The notes below the pieces were generated by a model. The model saw nothing but the letters and a program-made list of their open reading frames with translations, was not told the DNA's origin and searched no databases. A stretch of 49,786 bases of DNA, the filler included, from Jimgerdemannia flammicorona (Eukaryota), in the NCBI GenBank assembly GCA_003990765.1. It is 2 parts of 2 records of this genome, joined end to end, with 100 filler letters (N's around TTAATTAATTAA, not from the genome) between each part and the next. Parts side by side here need not be neighbours in the genome. Positions count along the whole stretch, not along the records: positions 1 to 24,848 come from RBNJ01000914.1; 1 more part is not named here. One strand, 5' to 3'. Position 1 is the first letter of the stretch, and every line of letters starts with the position of its first letter. The position numbers and the translations under genes are program-made. This document shows positions 13,501 to 24,948 of this stretch, piece by piece.

Positions 13501-14187
13501 CTCCAGTGATCAGACCATGGGCACCACTCTACTTCCAATGCCTTCCAAACATCCAAACCCCAGCACTCCGCCATCAGAATCCAGTCAATCCTTGTGCCCA
13601 GACCATTCACCCAATGCGTGTAAACCCTGGTGTCACCCCATCTCATTCTGCCCATATCCCCCAAGGAGCTCAATGTCTCCACCTCCTCCCATGCATCCAG
13701 ACCTCCACTTCTACCGCCAGCACTCCTCCCTCTATCAGTTCTGTCCAGACGCTGATCCTGAACTATATTAAAGTCCCCACCGAGAACATCGACCCCTTTC
13801 TCTAAGAGAATACTCTCCTCCAGCAATCCCCTAATCTATGCAATCCTCTCACCCCTAACCACAGGGCAGTAGCAAGAGCCCACCATCACTGATTCCCACC
13901 CTGGCCAATACCAATCACCCCAGACCAAGTGATCACCCCAGCTCCTGACTCCCCCCAAGTCTCCTCTACCCTTCCTCACCAGAATTGCCACCTTCCCAAA
14001 CCAAGCAGCAGCCCCCCCCCCACTCCCTAGTCCACTCTGCCCGATCGTCCTCATCCTCACATCGAACATCCTGCAATAAAAAAAGATCAGCCTCCAATTT
14101 CTTGAGCCAAGTAAAAATGTTCCTATGCTGCCCAGATCCCTGTAGCCCATTCACATTCAAGGAAAAAATGTTGGTTGTACTGTTCAT
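10542..14187 (-). pseudogene. LINE family A copy 2 ORF2 (APE-RT), disrupted
   Basis: NVNGL, GGDFN, DQEKVYD, GVPQGDPL, AFADD, YLGI; frameshifts, stops and a small in-frame deletion near 12140 relative to copy 1. Confidence 0.92.
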
Positions 14188-14219
14188 AAAGAATAATGTT
14201 ATATATCAGAGCCCATCCC

Positions 14220-16252
14220 CTATAAGTCGGCATCCTGCCTCTCCGGCACCAAGTCCAAGTTAAGTTCAGCAGCCAGTTCCCTCTCCCCAGCTTCCCATGC
14301 CTCCAACTCTCTCAGAAGTTCTACCATTGCCCCATCCTCATGCTCCTCAAAATCCTCATGATACTCCAGACAGGCCTCCTACCAGAGCTGCAGACCCCGA
14401 CGCTCTGCCCAACAGTAGTCTGCCCGCTCAGTGGCAACTACCCCCAGCTCTGCCTTCCTCACCTCGTCAACCTCATATCCCTCCTCCTCCAGCAAAATCG
14501 CCAGTATCTCCACCTTCAGTGCCTCCACCATTCCATCTCCATACAGGATCCTTGCCCAATGCTCCTCAGGCATCACCCACAGGTCAACCTCCCCCAATAC
14601 TTCTGCTGCAAGGTTATCCATCACCTTGCATACCCACAACAAGTTCCCCACTTCCTTCCCTCCCGGAGTCTCTGGTCACCCTGCATCCAACATCATGGTG
14701 TCAGCTCCTACACTAGCAGCCTCATCCCACTCCTCCTCAGGGATATCCACCAGCTCATCCTCACCAACTGCCACCACCTGACCCCCTTGAGCCACATCAG
14801 GGACCCCAAAATGCACCTGCTGGGCCCTCTGCATCTGTGTATCCTCTGTCCTTCCTCTCTTCCCCACTGGGCCCCTCCTGATAAGTGGGGGGGGGGTGGC
14901 ATCCAACTCCGGCTCCCACACCTCAAAGGTACCATCAGCAAATGGGTCCTTGTCCAGCCCCTTCCCAGCTCCTACCTCCTTTGCTTTGACCTCCTCTCCT
15001 TCTTTACCAGTCCAGACACTGGCCTCAATGCCTCCAGACACCTCAGCCTCACCCGACTTCTCCTTCCCCCCACCTGTCATACTCGCCAACAGCTCCTTCT
15101 GCCTCTTGCGTCCCTGGATCCACTCCCACTGCTTCTTATCCATATGGATACGCCTCCCTCTGACAACCTCCAGATGTGTCGATTCCTCATACAGTTTCCA
15201 GGCCTTCGCCCTCTTCTCCACAGCACCACCCAACTCCTCCAGCACCTCCAACAAGTCCTCCTCCTCCTCCTCACTCCCTTTCACCCTTGATATCTTGCAG
15301 ATGACAGCCCCCCACATCAGTACCGAGGGCCAGTCACTCATCTTCCCGGTGGCCTCCTTCCCAGCCAACTGAATCCTGACATCAACATCACCTGTCCTGA
15401 TAGTCGTCCCCTCTCACAACTGAAATCCAATGTCCACCACATCACCATACTCTACCATCACCTCCTCCACCCTCCTCCTAGTCTCCTCCTTAGTCACCAT
15501 GAGCACCCTCCTCACCAGAAGCTGCACCACCCTGGGGTCCCACCTCAAGCACCTTACCATGGGGACCACCACCTCCCCAATCACCACTCCTGTCTTCATA
15601 GCCTCATCCAGTAGGCCTGCCTCCTCAAAGCCCACCTCGACCCCCTCCATACTCTTCAAGAACTTCACAAGGCCACACCAGCCACCTGCCTCGAGATAAG
15701 CCCCAGGACTATCCTTGCCATCACCGCCAAGCCCCGGAAGCACAAGGTAGCTACAAACTCTGAGATCGACTTCTTGAGCAATGAGGCCACCGCCAGTCCC
15801 ATTACACCATCAGCCAGGTCCCCCTTCTGCATTGGGAGCCCCTGTCCCCCCTGGCCATCAGCCATCACATCTCTTTTTTTTTCCAGATTCACCGTCACGC
15901 CACCATCAGCAGTCCCGCTACTACCCCCAGCCACTACTCCACTCCCTCTACCTCCCACCAGCGAAGGCCCAGCACCCCCAGCATCACTGATCTTCTGCTT
16001 CCCCTTTCCTCCTGCCTGTCCACTGCAGGCACCCCTCAGCCAACCCCCAGCCTTAAGTGCATCTACAAAGCTCCCTCCCTGCTGCCCTCCAGCCCCCCCA
16101 CCAGTGCCTCCTCTACCCCCCGAGCTGCCCAGTCCACTCAATCCACCGAAAGACCCCATCCTCAGTCCATACCCTCTTCCGACATATTGCCAGTCGAAGG
16201 CCCCAGGTCCACCCGACCTAGGACGTATATCAGCTCGCTTGCTGGTTAACAT
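14220..16252 (-). pseudogene. LINE family A copy 2 ORF1, disrupted
   Basis: ORFs 15665-16252, 15414-15743, 14676-15368 and 14379-14651 match copy 1 ORF1. Confidence 0.82.
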
Positions 16253-16334
16253 CTCCTTAGTATCTTTCTCTAATAAACGATTTGAAAGTGTGTTGTAAAG
16301 TGCGTGTAATGTGAATTGTAGTAGAGAGAGATAT

Positions 16335-18569
16335 CTGACAATCTCTCTCTTTATACCCCCACTGTCAGGTTCTTCTAGTATATTATTGTGAAATAGAAGT
16401 CAATTTCATCTCTGCTGATTTCAATTTAAGTAAATTACTGATTGCTTCAAGATAGAAGTTAGAGGCTGCTTTGGTAATTCTCTCAATCCTTCTATCTAGC
16501 AGAGTTGGTCCTGAGTTGGATTTTGGAAAACCCCCGGAATGTGATATTTTAAAAAGGTTTTTGGGCTCACTAGCTTATGAGTTCAATATAGAGCAAGAGA
16601 TTGATATATTTTGAGAGATATTTAGAAGTTCCTACTGTGAGAAATTGTTTGAGCTGTAGTATTTTTGTTTTTCTGAGAGCCCTCCCCTGATGGGTCAGAA
16701 AATATATGATCAAATTTTCAATATCTTTCTGCTATTCAAGTAAGTTTCTGAGGCATTTTCGTTTTTTTTTTTTTTTTAAAAAAGAAGGAGATATGGGAGT
16801 ATACTCATCTAACCTGGATTATTTATAAGGTTATTTTGCTCTTTATTTTATTTTTAGAAAGTGAAGAAGGATTAATATAAAGTATAGTTAGCAGATTTTT
16901 TAAATCAACAATAACAATACTGAGTGAATCAGTAAAATCTTAAGACCAAATTTATCCAGACTTAGTTCTGTATTCCAAGTCTGCAGAATTTTGAAATACT
17001 GAGAATTCTGAGGCTTGATCTTCCAGAAGGCTAAACAATAACACTTTATATGCAAAATTTGGAAGAAGTAAAATAGCAATATTCTGTCAAGTCTTCAGAA
17101 AAAGAGTACCAAAATTGTTTTCAAACTGTAGCATTTTTGGAGTCCTCCACTTTGCCAGCTGGTATTCTAAATTTATACTACAATTATATTCTCTTAGATA
17201 CTGATATAGAGGAAGTTGTTCTCATTATTTAGAGAGAGATACATATTGAGAGATCAAGTAAGTCAGGTTTTGATAGATATTTATAAGGAGATATTTAAAG
17301 TTTGAAAAGTTTGGATTGTATGGTAAAGCTTGATCTAGAACTAGATCATATATATTAGCTGGCTATACTTTGACTTATACTAGAGGAATGCATTACTGTA
17401 TTATACTACTTAATAATTTTAAACCAAAAATTAGATAAGATAAATAGGAGGAATTTAAAATAGCTATTATAGAGATAGCTTCACTTCTTTTCAATACTTC
17501 TTGCTAGATGTGGCAACAAATTCTCCTACTTTACCTAATTTTTGACCAATTCAATGCTCTCTATTGTTTATCTCCTGAGGAAATTTTAGGGGATATCCCA
17601 ACATCCTCAGCATCCTCAGCATCCTTGGTATCTCTGGTATCCTCAGTATTTCTAGCATCCCCAGCATTTCAGTATCTCTGGCATTCTCAACTTTGGCATT
17701 CTTAGCATTCTTGGCATCTCTGACTTCAGTGTCAGAGTTTCTAACTTTGGCACCAGCATCTTCATCAGCTTTGAAATTATCTAGAATAGATGGAGGTCAG
17801 ATGAATCTGGGTCAATCTAGAATATATTTTAGACTTGGAAGATTTCAGTTTGAGCAAAATATCGTAAAAGTCAGTAACATATTTTTTGATCAATGTGCAA
17901 GTTCTCTTATTTATACTGATCAAGATGTAACATCTGTTTTACTCTATATCATCAAATATAAAAGACAGTATGTCTCAAAATCTGAGAGCTTGATCTATAA
18001 TTTGGCTTACAGTATTGGAGTTCTGCTAGAGTCTGATATGATGATGGTGTTTCACTCAAATCAATCACATGGTTTAATAGTTATTGAAGATGAGGAAGTT
18101 TTGAACAGTTTATCTCTAAGTATTTATCACAGAACCTTAGAAGCTATGTACTGTTATAATAAATCTTTTAGAAACTTAGATGAGGTAGATATTTTATATA
18201 TTTGGTAACTTGTTTTCATATTATGTCTTAGTTTTTAAATATTTAGTAGAAGTTTGATAGATATAGTATTCTTTTTTTAGATTTTTTTTCTGCTAAAGAA
18301 TTGTCCTTTTTAGTAGGCTTGTTAATTTGTACTAGCTGACTTCTAATTCAATTTGGTTTGTCATCTGAAGAATTTACCAGGATTCTGACTCCTGAGGTGA
18401 ATTTGAGCTGGTTTGTTTGGGTTCAAACTGATCTGAACTCATTATATACTAAATTTGAATTTAAATTAATTCAAATTCATTATGTGATAAATTCAAACTG
18501 GCTTAAATCAGATGTATAGTTGGCAAATTCAAATTAGGTTTGAATTTCTCTGACTCAATCAGAGCACTA
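16335..18569. mobile_element. Degenerate AT-rich segment ending in a hAT-family terminus; left boundary not found
   Basis: GAGCACTA at 18562-18569 (reverse complement of the TAGTGCTC TIR start), preceded by AATTCAAA/TTTGAATT subterminal motifs at ~18400-18550. 9-bp CATCCTCAG-type repeats at ~17600-17770. Confidence 0.5.
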
Positions 18570-19066
18570 TGTCTGACTATTCAATATTACTGAGTATAGA
18601 TAACCTTTTATACTAGATCCAGGACTACTAATGATGAGCAGATGACTAGGGCTATCTCTGGGTAGACTCTTTTTATAAAGAATATCTCAGCTACTTGAAC
18701 TCAGATAGTAGCAGCATAATTTGTAAGAATTATCTAATATCAGATTCTGATATAGAATGTATATTGATTCTTACTCATTCTTTGATATATTATATTGAGC
18801 TACTTCTTCAGGACTTTCTTGATCTTATCTATATAGTAGATGGTTCAGAGCCAAGCCTTCTATATTACTAGTATAGCATTATCATCATTTTCTATATGGG
18901 TTATAGCTTTGAATACTGCTCTTACTAATCCTCAGAGACTGAAGGATATGAGAGCTACTTACTATACTGCTGTCAGAGTCCTTATAGTAGCATACTGCTT
19001 GAAATTATCAATGAAAATAATGATTGATTTATCTGAGATACATCTGTAGAATACTGATAATCTCAT
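18570..19066 (-). pseudogene. Heavily mutated Ty3/Gypsy gag (capsid) N-terminal relic
   Basis: Single frame from ATG 19066 (MRLSVFYR...FIDNFKQYA...L*GLVRAVF...LNIIYQRMSKNQYTFYIRI...FIKRV). Stops are explainable by transitions; lies just downstream of an LTR. Confidence 0.55.
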
Positions 19067-19186
19067 ATCTATCTTGTTTAAATATCTTGGTTTGATTTGT
19101 GTAGTTGTTTAGGTGGTAGTGGTTGTTTATTGTTCAGCTTAAAAGTGAGGAATTTATCTTAAATTATCAGCCAATGGACACTAAGT

Positions 19187-19671
19187 TGTAATATAGCAGA
19201 TATATAACTATATAATATAACATAGCAGATACTAAGATGGGCAAGTACATCAGATTTCTTTATCTTGAATTCTTAACTTCTTGACTCTGAGAGTCAGTAG
19301 TTCCTTGAGGCCAAATGTGTTTAAAGAGGTAATCCCGAAAGTCCCTTTATTGGTATACTTGTTCTTTTTCTAACACTTTCAATCTGAGGTTTATTCACTC
19401 AAAGATACTGGATTATTTATATGAGTTTGCTAGCTATGAGATGGTTACTGGGTTATATGGCTAAGCTATGAGTCATTTAACACTTTGCGAAATATTTTGC
19501 TAGTTGTGTAATGCTATACTATATCGAGAAGCTCAATCTCGCACTTTGTGAAATATTTCGCCAGTTGCAAAATCGAGGACTGCTAACTATGCGGCTATAC
19601 TACTTTGGGACTGGGTGTGATCAAGTGTCTATTCTCTATTTCCTTCTTCCAAATCTGGCTATACCATTACA
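19187..19671 (-). repeat. Long terminal repeat (~485 bp) of the Gypsy element
   Basis: Bounded by inverted TGTAAT (19187-19192) and ATTACA (19666-19671). Purine tract immediately 5' on the minus strand; internal direct repeat at ~19481/19542. Partner LTR not in window. Confidence 0.72.
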
Positions 19672-19683
19672 ACTTCCTTCTGA
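19672..19683 (-). promoter_or_regulatory. Polypurine tract (PPT)
   Basis: Minus strand TCAGAAGGAAGT abutting TGTAATGG of the LTR. Confidence 0.55.
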
Positions 19684-19795
19684 ATAGATGATCTCATCCC
19701 TAAAGCATCTATTTAAACTCCCAGGCTTCAATGGTGTGTATGGTCTTGTACTGTGCAATTTGTTGCATTACTGTTTCCCAATGATGTCGCCTAAC

Positions 19796-20170
19796 TCAGT
19801 CGAAGTCTGAGAGAGTCACTCCTTGCTGGTGGGCTAGTGCCGGTTCATCCTCTTGGAATAGCTTGTGAATTCTCTTAGCAATAGTGATCTGGGAATAGGA
19901 GAGCTGGCATTCTGTGATCCAATTTTCTTTGGTCATTTCTGGGTCTTGGTTGAGTACTTGGCTAAGTTTGAAGTACTTTTGAAATTCATTTCGATGCTGA
20001 TAGGCCTTAAAGTGTGAGATCTGAGAGAAATGAGTCTGTACAATACTTTGGATACTATCATAAGACTCCTCTATGGTCAGAGGCTCAGTGGTGTGCCATT
20101 GTCTCTCAATGGCTCTTTGGGCAGCACAAGTGATCTTGAGTGCCATTATAGTATTTTTGTTATTGGCCAT
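19796..20170 (-). CDS. Gypsy ORF3 of unknown function, downstream of pol
   Basis: 124-aa ORF whose ATG overlaps the last codons of pol (NRLKKYYGQ*, stop 20160-20162). The frame continues ~27 codons past a TGA. Confidence 0.55.
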   Translation of the reverse strand: MANNKNTIMALKITCAAQRAIERQWHTTEPLTIEESYDSIQSIVQTHFSQISHFKAYQHRNEFQKYFKLSQVLNQDPEMTKENWITECQLSYSQITIAKRIHKLFQEDEPALAHQQGVTLSDFD

Positions 20171-23100
20171 AGTATTTCTTGAGTCGGTTTCAGTAAATGG
20201 TGGTGGGGATTATTGTGTCTGAAGGCTTTCATAGCTGGAAAGTAGTCCCTTTTATATCCTGCACCAGATAAGGTCCTTCCTACTTGGGCTCCAGTTTTTG
20301 TGACTAAGAAGCTTCTACCATGTTCTGATACACCAGGACTTCATCTCCTATCTTGATAATCTCTAGAGGCTTGTGAGTCTTTTCTGCATTGCTTTGTTGT
20401 AGTGCCTGTGCCTTGATTATATAATCCTCTGCCTTTTTCCTAATTTGATACAATCTCTGTATCTCCATGTCCACATGCTTCTAGACTGCATCATTATTTG
20501 CTGACAAACTTCCACCAGAACTTTCTTCTCCAAATAGCATTTCTCGTAGTGTGAAGTGGATACTTTGTGATCATATGTCCCACAGAGTGGATAATGCTAT
20601 TGGAAGATAGTGGTCCCAGTTTCTATATTCATCACAGTTCTTGGCAATAATGTTCTTGAGGGTCTTGTTGGTTCTTTCTACTTGTCTATTTCCTTGTAGG
20701 TGATAAGCTGTGGTCTTGATGTGCTGGATCTTGTATTTCTTGTAAAGAATCTCATGGAACTGATTGATGAATTCTGTTCCTCTATCTGTGGTGACTTGCT
20801 TTGGGGTTTTGAATTGGCAGATGATTTCTCTATGAAAGAAATCAGCAATTAACTGTGCATTGGCTTCCTTGAGGGGTCCAGCCTCTACCCATTTTATGAA
20901 TAGGTCTACAATCATGATGACATATTGGTTGCCTGTCAATGTCAGAGGTAGAGGGCCAATTACATCCATTGCTATGTGGGCAAATGGTACTGGTTTGATG
21001 TCTGCTGATCCAGGGGCTTGATCTTGTTGGTCTTGTTTCTGTTTCTGGCATTTATCACAGGTTCTGACAAATTGTCTGATGTCTTCTTCCATTTCTGGCC
21101 ACCACATGGTTCTTCTTGCTTTGTCATATGTATTTGTTCCTCCTACGTGATCTTGCTCATGTACTTCCTTCATTACTTGATTCTTCTGGTGCTCAGGTAT
21201 AACTAATTGTTGTCCTTTCTTGAGTATTTCTCCATCAGTTTCGAATTGTTTCCATGTCTGATTAATAATTGTTCTTATCCATTCTTCCAGATGTGGGGGC
21301 ATCTTTTGCTGCCCCAGGTAGCTGATAATTCCATAGTACAGCTCCCTATTCATGGTGATTTTGTGGGGGTGGGGTCCTTCAGGGTGTCTGTGAGAGGGTG
21401 TTGGCATTTGCATTAGTTCTTCCAGAGCAGTGAGTGATTGTGACATTGTATGCTTGTAGCTTCATGATCCATCTGGTATAGATTCCTTTTGGTTCACTGG
21501 TAGTGAGCAACTAAGTGAGTGCCAAGTGGTCTGTCTGGATGGTGAAGTGTCTTCCTGCCAGATAGTAGAGGAATTTTTCTACAGCCCAGATGACTACAAG
21601 ACATTCCAGCTTATAAGACTCATAGGACTGCTCTGCTCTACGAGTACCTCAGCTGAGATTGGCTACTATATACTCAGCACCATTCTTCTTCTGTGCGAGG
21701 ACAGCTCTAAGTCCCATTGCACTGGCATCTGTCTGTAGGATAAATTCTTGTGTCCAGTCAGGTCTTCTCAAGATTGGTGCCTGAGTCAGCCTGATCTTGA
21801 GTTCATTGAAGGCTAGTTGCTGTTGTTGTGTCCACTGGAACTTGACCTCTTTTCTGAACAGATCATAGATAGGGCTAGCAATGTGAGAGAATCTTTGAAT
21901 AAATCTCCTGTAATAGGATGCTAGTCCCATGAAGGCTCGGGCTTCAGTGACACTGGTAGGTACCGGGTATGCTGCTACTGCCTTGATCTTCATGAGATCT
22001 GTATATGTTTCTTCACGATTGATGATGTGTCTGAGGTATGCAATTTTTTCTTCTCCAAATTTGCATTTCTTGGGCTTGATATAGAGGCCATGTTTGCAAA
22101 GCTTTCTGAGGATTTCCTCAATATGTTCCAAGTGCTCCTTGGCTGTTCAGCTGAAGATAATCACATCATCTACATATACTATCATCCATTTTTCCATAAC
22201 ATCTTTGAAGATGCTGTTCATCATTTGCTGGAAGCTTACTGGTGCATTGCACATCCCAAAGGGCATGTGGAGATAGACATAGGTTCTATCGGGAGTAATG
22301 AAGGCTGATCTTTTGCTGGCTTCAGGTATAAGGCCGATTTGGTAGAATTCTGAGAATAGATCCAGAGTGGTGTAAAATTATAATTAATTCTCCAGCATGA
22401 TAAGAATGTTGCCAATGTTAGGCAATGGTTATCTGTCCTTCTCCGTGACCTCATTGAGTCTTCTATAGTCTGTATAAAGTCTTGGTGCAAATTCTTCTGA
22501 TCAGCTCCCTTTCTTTGGTATGAGGACAATTGGTGAGGACCGAGGGCTGCTGGCTTCCTTGATGATACCAGATTCTTCCATTTTCTTGATTTCAGTCCTG
22601 AGCCATTCCCTGTATGCTGGTGGAATGGGGCAGACCTTTTGATAGATGGGTTTTGCATCTCCAGTATTGACATCATGATAGTATAAGGGTTTCTTAGTCT
22701 TAATGTCCTTGAAGTCTGTGGCCAGTTCATCTTTGAATGTATGCAGGTGATCCTGCAGTTCTCTTCTGAGAGGGAAGTTTTCTCCAATTACATAGGTGTG
22801 CTTATCTTGACTTTCTTTCTTCTTGTGCTCTAATTCAGTAATCTTGGTTGCTGCAAGGACTCCTCTTCCTGTAGATCCAAGTCTAGCTCTTCCTTGCTAA
22901 GTTTGTCTGATGTTTGTAACTTCCTTAATTCTTGGGTTAAGGACAGGTAGGATGAGCATTTGCGCCAGCCAATCCTTCTTCCTTACTTCAAATAGGATGG
23001 TTGGATTATGATTCCTGGTGAGGAGGAGGATTTCTCCTATATAGTCTGAATCAATGACTCCTCCTTCTATGGATATTTCACTTTTCGCCAAACTGCTCCT

Positions 23101-24165
23101 TGTCTTGAGGATTCTGACATGATTTGGTGGGATGGTTACTTCAATTCCTGTTCTCAGCATAGTAGTGGTTTGCAGTTCGAGGATTGTGTGTATTGTGGTA
23201 GATAGGTCCATTCCTGCTGCATTCTCTGATTTGTACTGTGGCAAGACTGCATCGGGATGGATCCTTCGTATCTTGACTGTGATGTCTTCTTCATCATTGC
23301 TGTCATCCAATAGCTCTGGTGGTCCATCTTCTGGTTCCTCCTGGTTCTTCTTTGGCTTGTTGGAGATCTTTTTCACTTCGATGATGTAGGAGTAGCAGCA
23401 ATCCAAGTGCTGGGTGCAGTACATTCTTTCACCATGGGGGCACCTTCCTAGTGGGGCATATCTGTCTGCGATCCTTTTGTACCATTCTTCCTCTGTCAAC
23501 TGCTTATCTTTTCCTTTCTTTGTAGTAACCATGTAGGCTTCTTCTTCTTGCTCTTCCTTTATCTCAGGGCGGACTCCTTTGTGGACATTGATGGAAATTC
23601 TGACATTCTTTCTCTGGTAGACAATTTGCATCTTCTGTGCACTGAGATCAATCATTGCCTTGGCTTTGTGAAGCCATTGATTGCCAATGAGGATAATATA
23701 GTTGGTTGCATTGGTGACAATGATATCTACCAGGATGGTGGCTTCTCCAAACTTGATGAGTACATCTTGGATCTTTCCCAGAGGTGTTGCTCATGTTCCA
23801 TCAGCTGTAACAAACACCAATTTGGTGGCTTCTTCTATCTCCCAGTCTAGGCAGTCTACTGCTTTCTTAGTGATGAGACATTCTCCTGCTCCTGTATCGA
23901 TAATGGTTTCAAAGACTCGGTCCTTAGTCTGGCAGGTAGTATAGGCTGATGTCTTCTGATTATCTTCACTTTCTTCATCAGAATCTTCTTGTACATTGTT
24001 GGCCTCGATGATTCTGTATCCTTGATCCTTTCCAATATCAGATATCCCAGTTCTCATCTGCTGTCTAAATGTTGAGATTTCAGCCAGCTGACCAAAGGTT
24101 GCATTCACCTTCTGGTCTTTGAGATCCTTAAAGATATCATACTTGAAGGTCTTGCTCTTGCACAA
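20160..24165 (-). pseudogene. pol: Gypsy pol: aspartic protease, dUTPase, RT, RNase H, integrase; disrupted
   Basis: IIDTGA (DTG 23890-23898); YVDD (22165-22176); FILQTDAS; HHCC HEQDH...CDKC; MDVIGP, TDRGTEF, QVERTNKTLK; KLEPK*EGPY. Confidence 0.93.
22918..23283 (-). CDS. dut: dUTPase domain within pol, between protease and RT
   Basis: Trimeric dUTPase motifs AAGMDL (I), TRSSLA (II), GVIDSDYIGEI (III), DWLAQMLI (IV) in ORF 22897-23655. Confidence 0.9.
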
Positions 24166-24225
24166 TTTCTGTTCCTTCTTTCCTTCACTTGATAGGGTAG
24201 TATTTTGAATAATATCTTCTACTGC

Positions 24226-24692
24226 TCACTCCAGTTCAGCATCTTGTTCTAGCTCCATATCTTGATCAGCTTCAGTCTGCTGGATTTCCTTTTCAATGAC
24301 TGTTTCTGATTGTTTTGTCTGTGTCTGGGCCTTCTTAGGAGGTCTATCTGAAGGTCTTTTGTAGGGACCGGTTTGGACTTCCTTCTTGCTTATGGTAGCA
24401 GGATAAGCTTCCCATTCCTCCCTTTCCTCATCAGATTCTCCAACCTCTTCAAAGGTGATAGTGTTCGCCTGTTCGTAGTTTCTGATTGCATTACTTGGAT
24501 TGGCCTTGTGCTTGGTTTCTGTCATGCAATCAGAGGCATAATGGCCTTCTTCTCCACACCTGTAGCAGGTTACTGACTGCCTATCATATGTGGCTGCAAA
24601 TTTCTGTACTGGCTTCTTCTTGAACTCCTTGATCACATTACTGAGGTATGCAGTCATTTCTGCAAACTGCTTGGCTAGTTCCTCCATTGGGT

Positions 24693-24698
<6 letters not shown>
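24226..24698 (-). pseudogene. gag: Gypsy gag C-terminal part with zinc knuckle
   Basis: CYRCGEEGHYASDC (CX2CX4HX4C) at 24526-24567; interrupted at 24699 by a LINE tail. Confidence 0.88.
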
Positions 24699-24729
<31 letters not shown>

Positions 24730-24833
24730 GTCACTTGGACTGCCCTTTATTACCAATCTATTCTATATAATTACAGCAATCCCACCCCCTATCCAATCCC
24801 CCTAGGGGGGCCCTCCCCCCCTACCCCTTCCCT
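24699..24833 (-). mobile_element. 5'-truncated LINE family A insertion (3' end + 28-nt poly(A)) inside gag
   Basis: T28 at 24699-24726, then sequence matching 10474-10585 and window positions 1-28. Confidence 0.88.
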
Positions 24834-24848
24834 TTGTATTTTTTCTTT

Positions 24849-24948
24849 NNNNNNNNNNNNNNNNNNNNNNNNNNNNNNNNNNNNNNNNNNNNTTAATTAA
24901 TTAANNNNNNNNNNNNNNNNNNNNNNNNNNNNNNNNNNNNNNNNNNNN
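24849..24948. other. Artificial 100-bp scaffold spacer (N44-TTAATTAATTAA-N44)
   Basis: N runs flanking a linker that places stop codons in all six frames. Confidence 0.97.

Larger units (their letters stand above)
10467..16334 (-). mobile_element. LINE family A copy 2, full length (~5.87 kb) with short poly(A) tail
   Basis: 5' end shared with copy 1; ORF1 14220-16252; ORF2 10542-14187; AATAAA at 10496-10501 (minus); T7 tract at 10467-10473. Confidence 0.93.
19187..24848 (-). mobile_element. Ty3/Gypsy LTR retrotransposon with dUTPase and an extra 3' ORF; 5' part cut by the assembly gap
   Basis: Domain order gag(CCHC)-PR-dUTPase-RT-RH-IN(GPY)-ORF3-PPT-LTR. Confidence 0.92.

Noticed and set aside
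29..16298. Many Pro/Ser/His/Leu-rich plus-strand ORFs
   Set aside because: Antisense shadows of the G-rich LINE coding strand; no motifs and inconsistent between copies.
24226..24756. ORF with poly-Lys N-terminus (MVIKGSPSDYKKKKKKKKK)
   Set aside because: Chimera of the LINE 3' UTR/poly(A) and Gypsy gag.
24893..24904. Palindrome TTAATTAATTAA
   Set aside because: Synthetic six-frame-stop linker inside the N gap.
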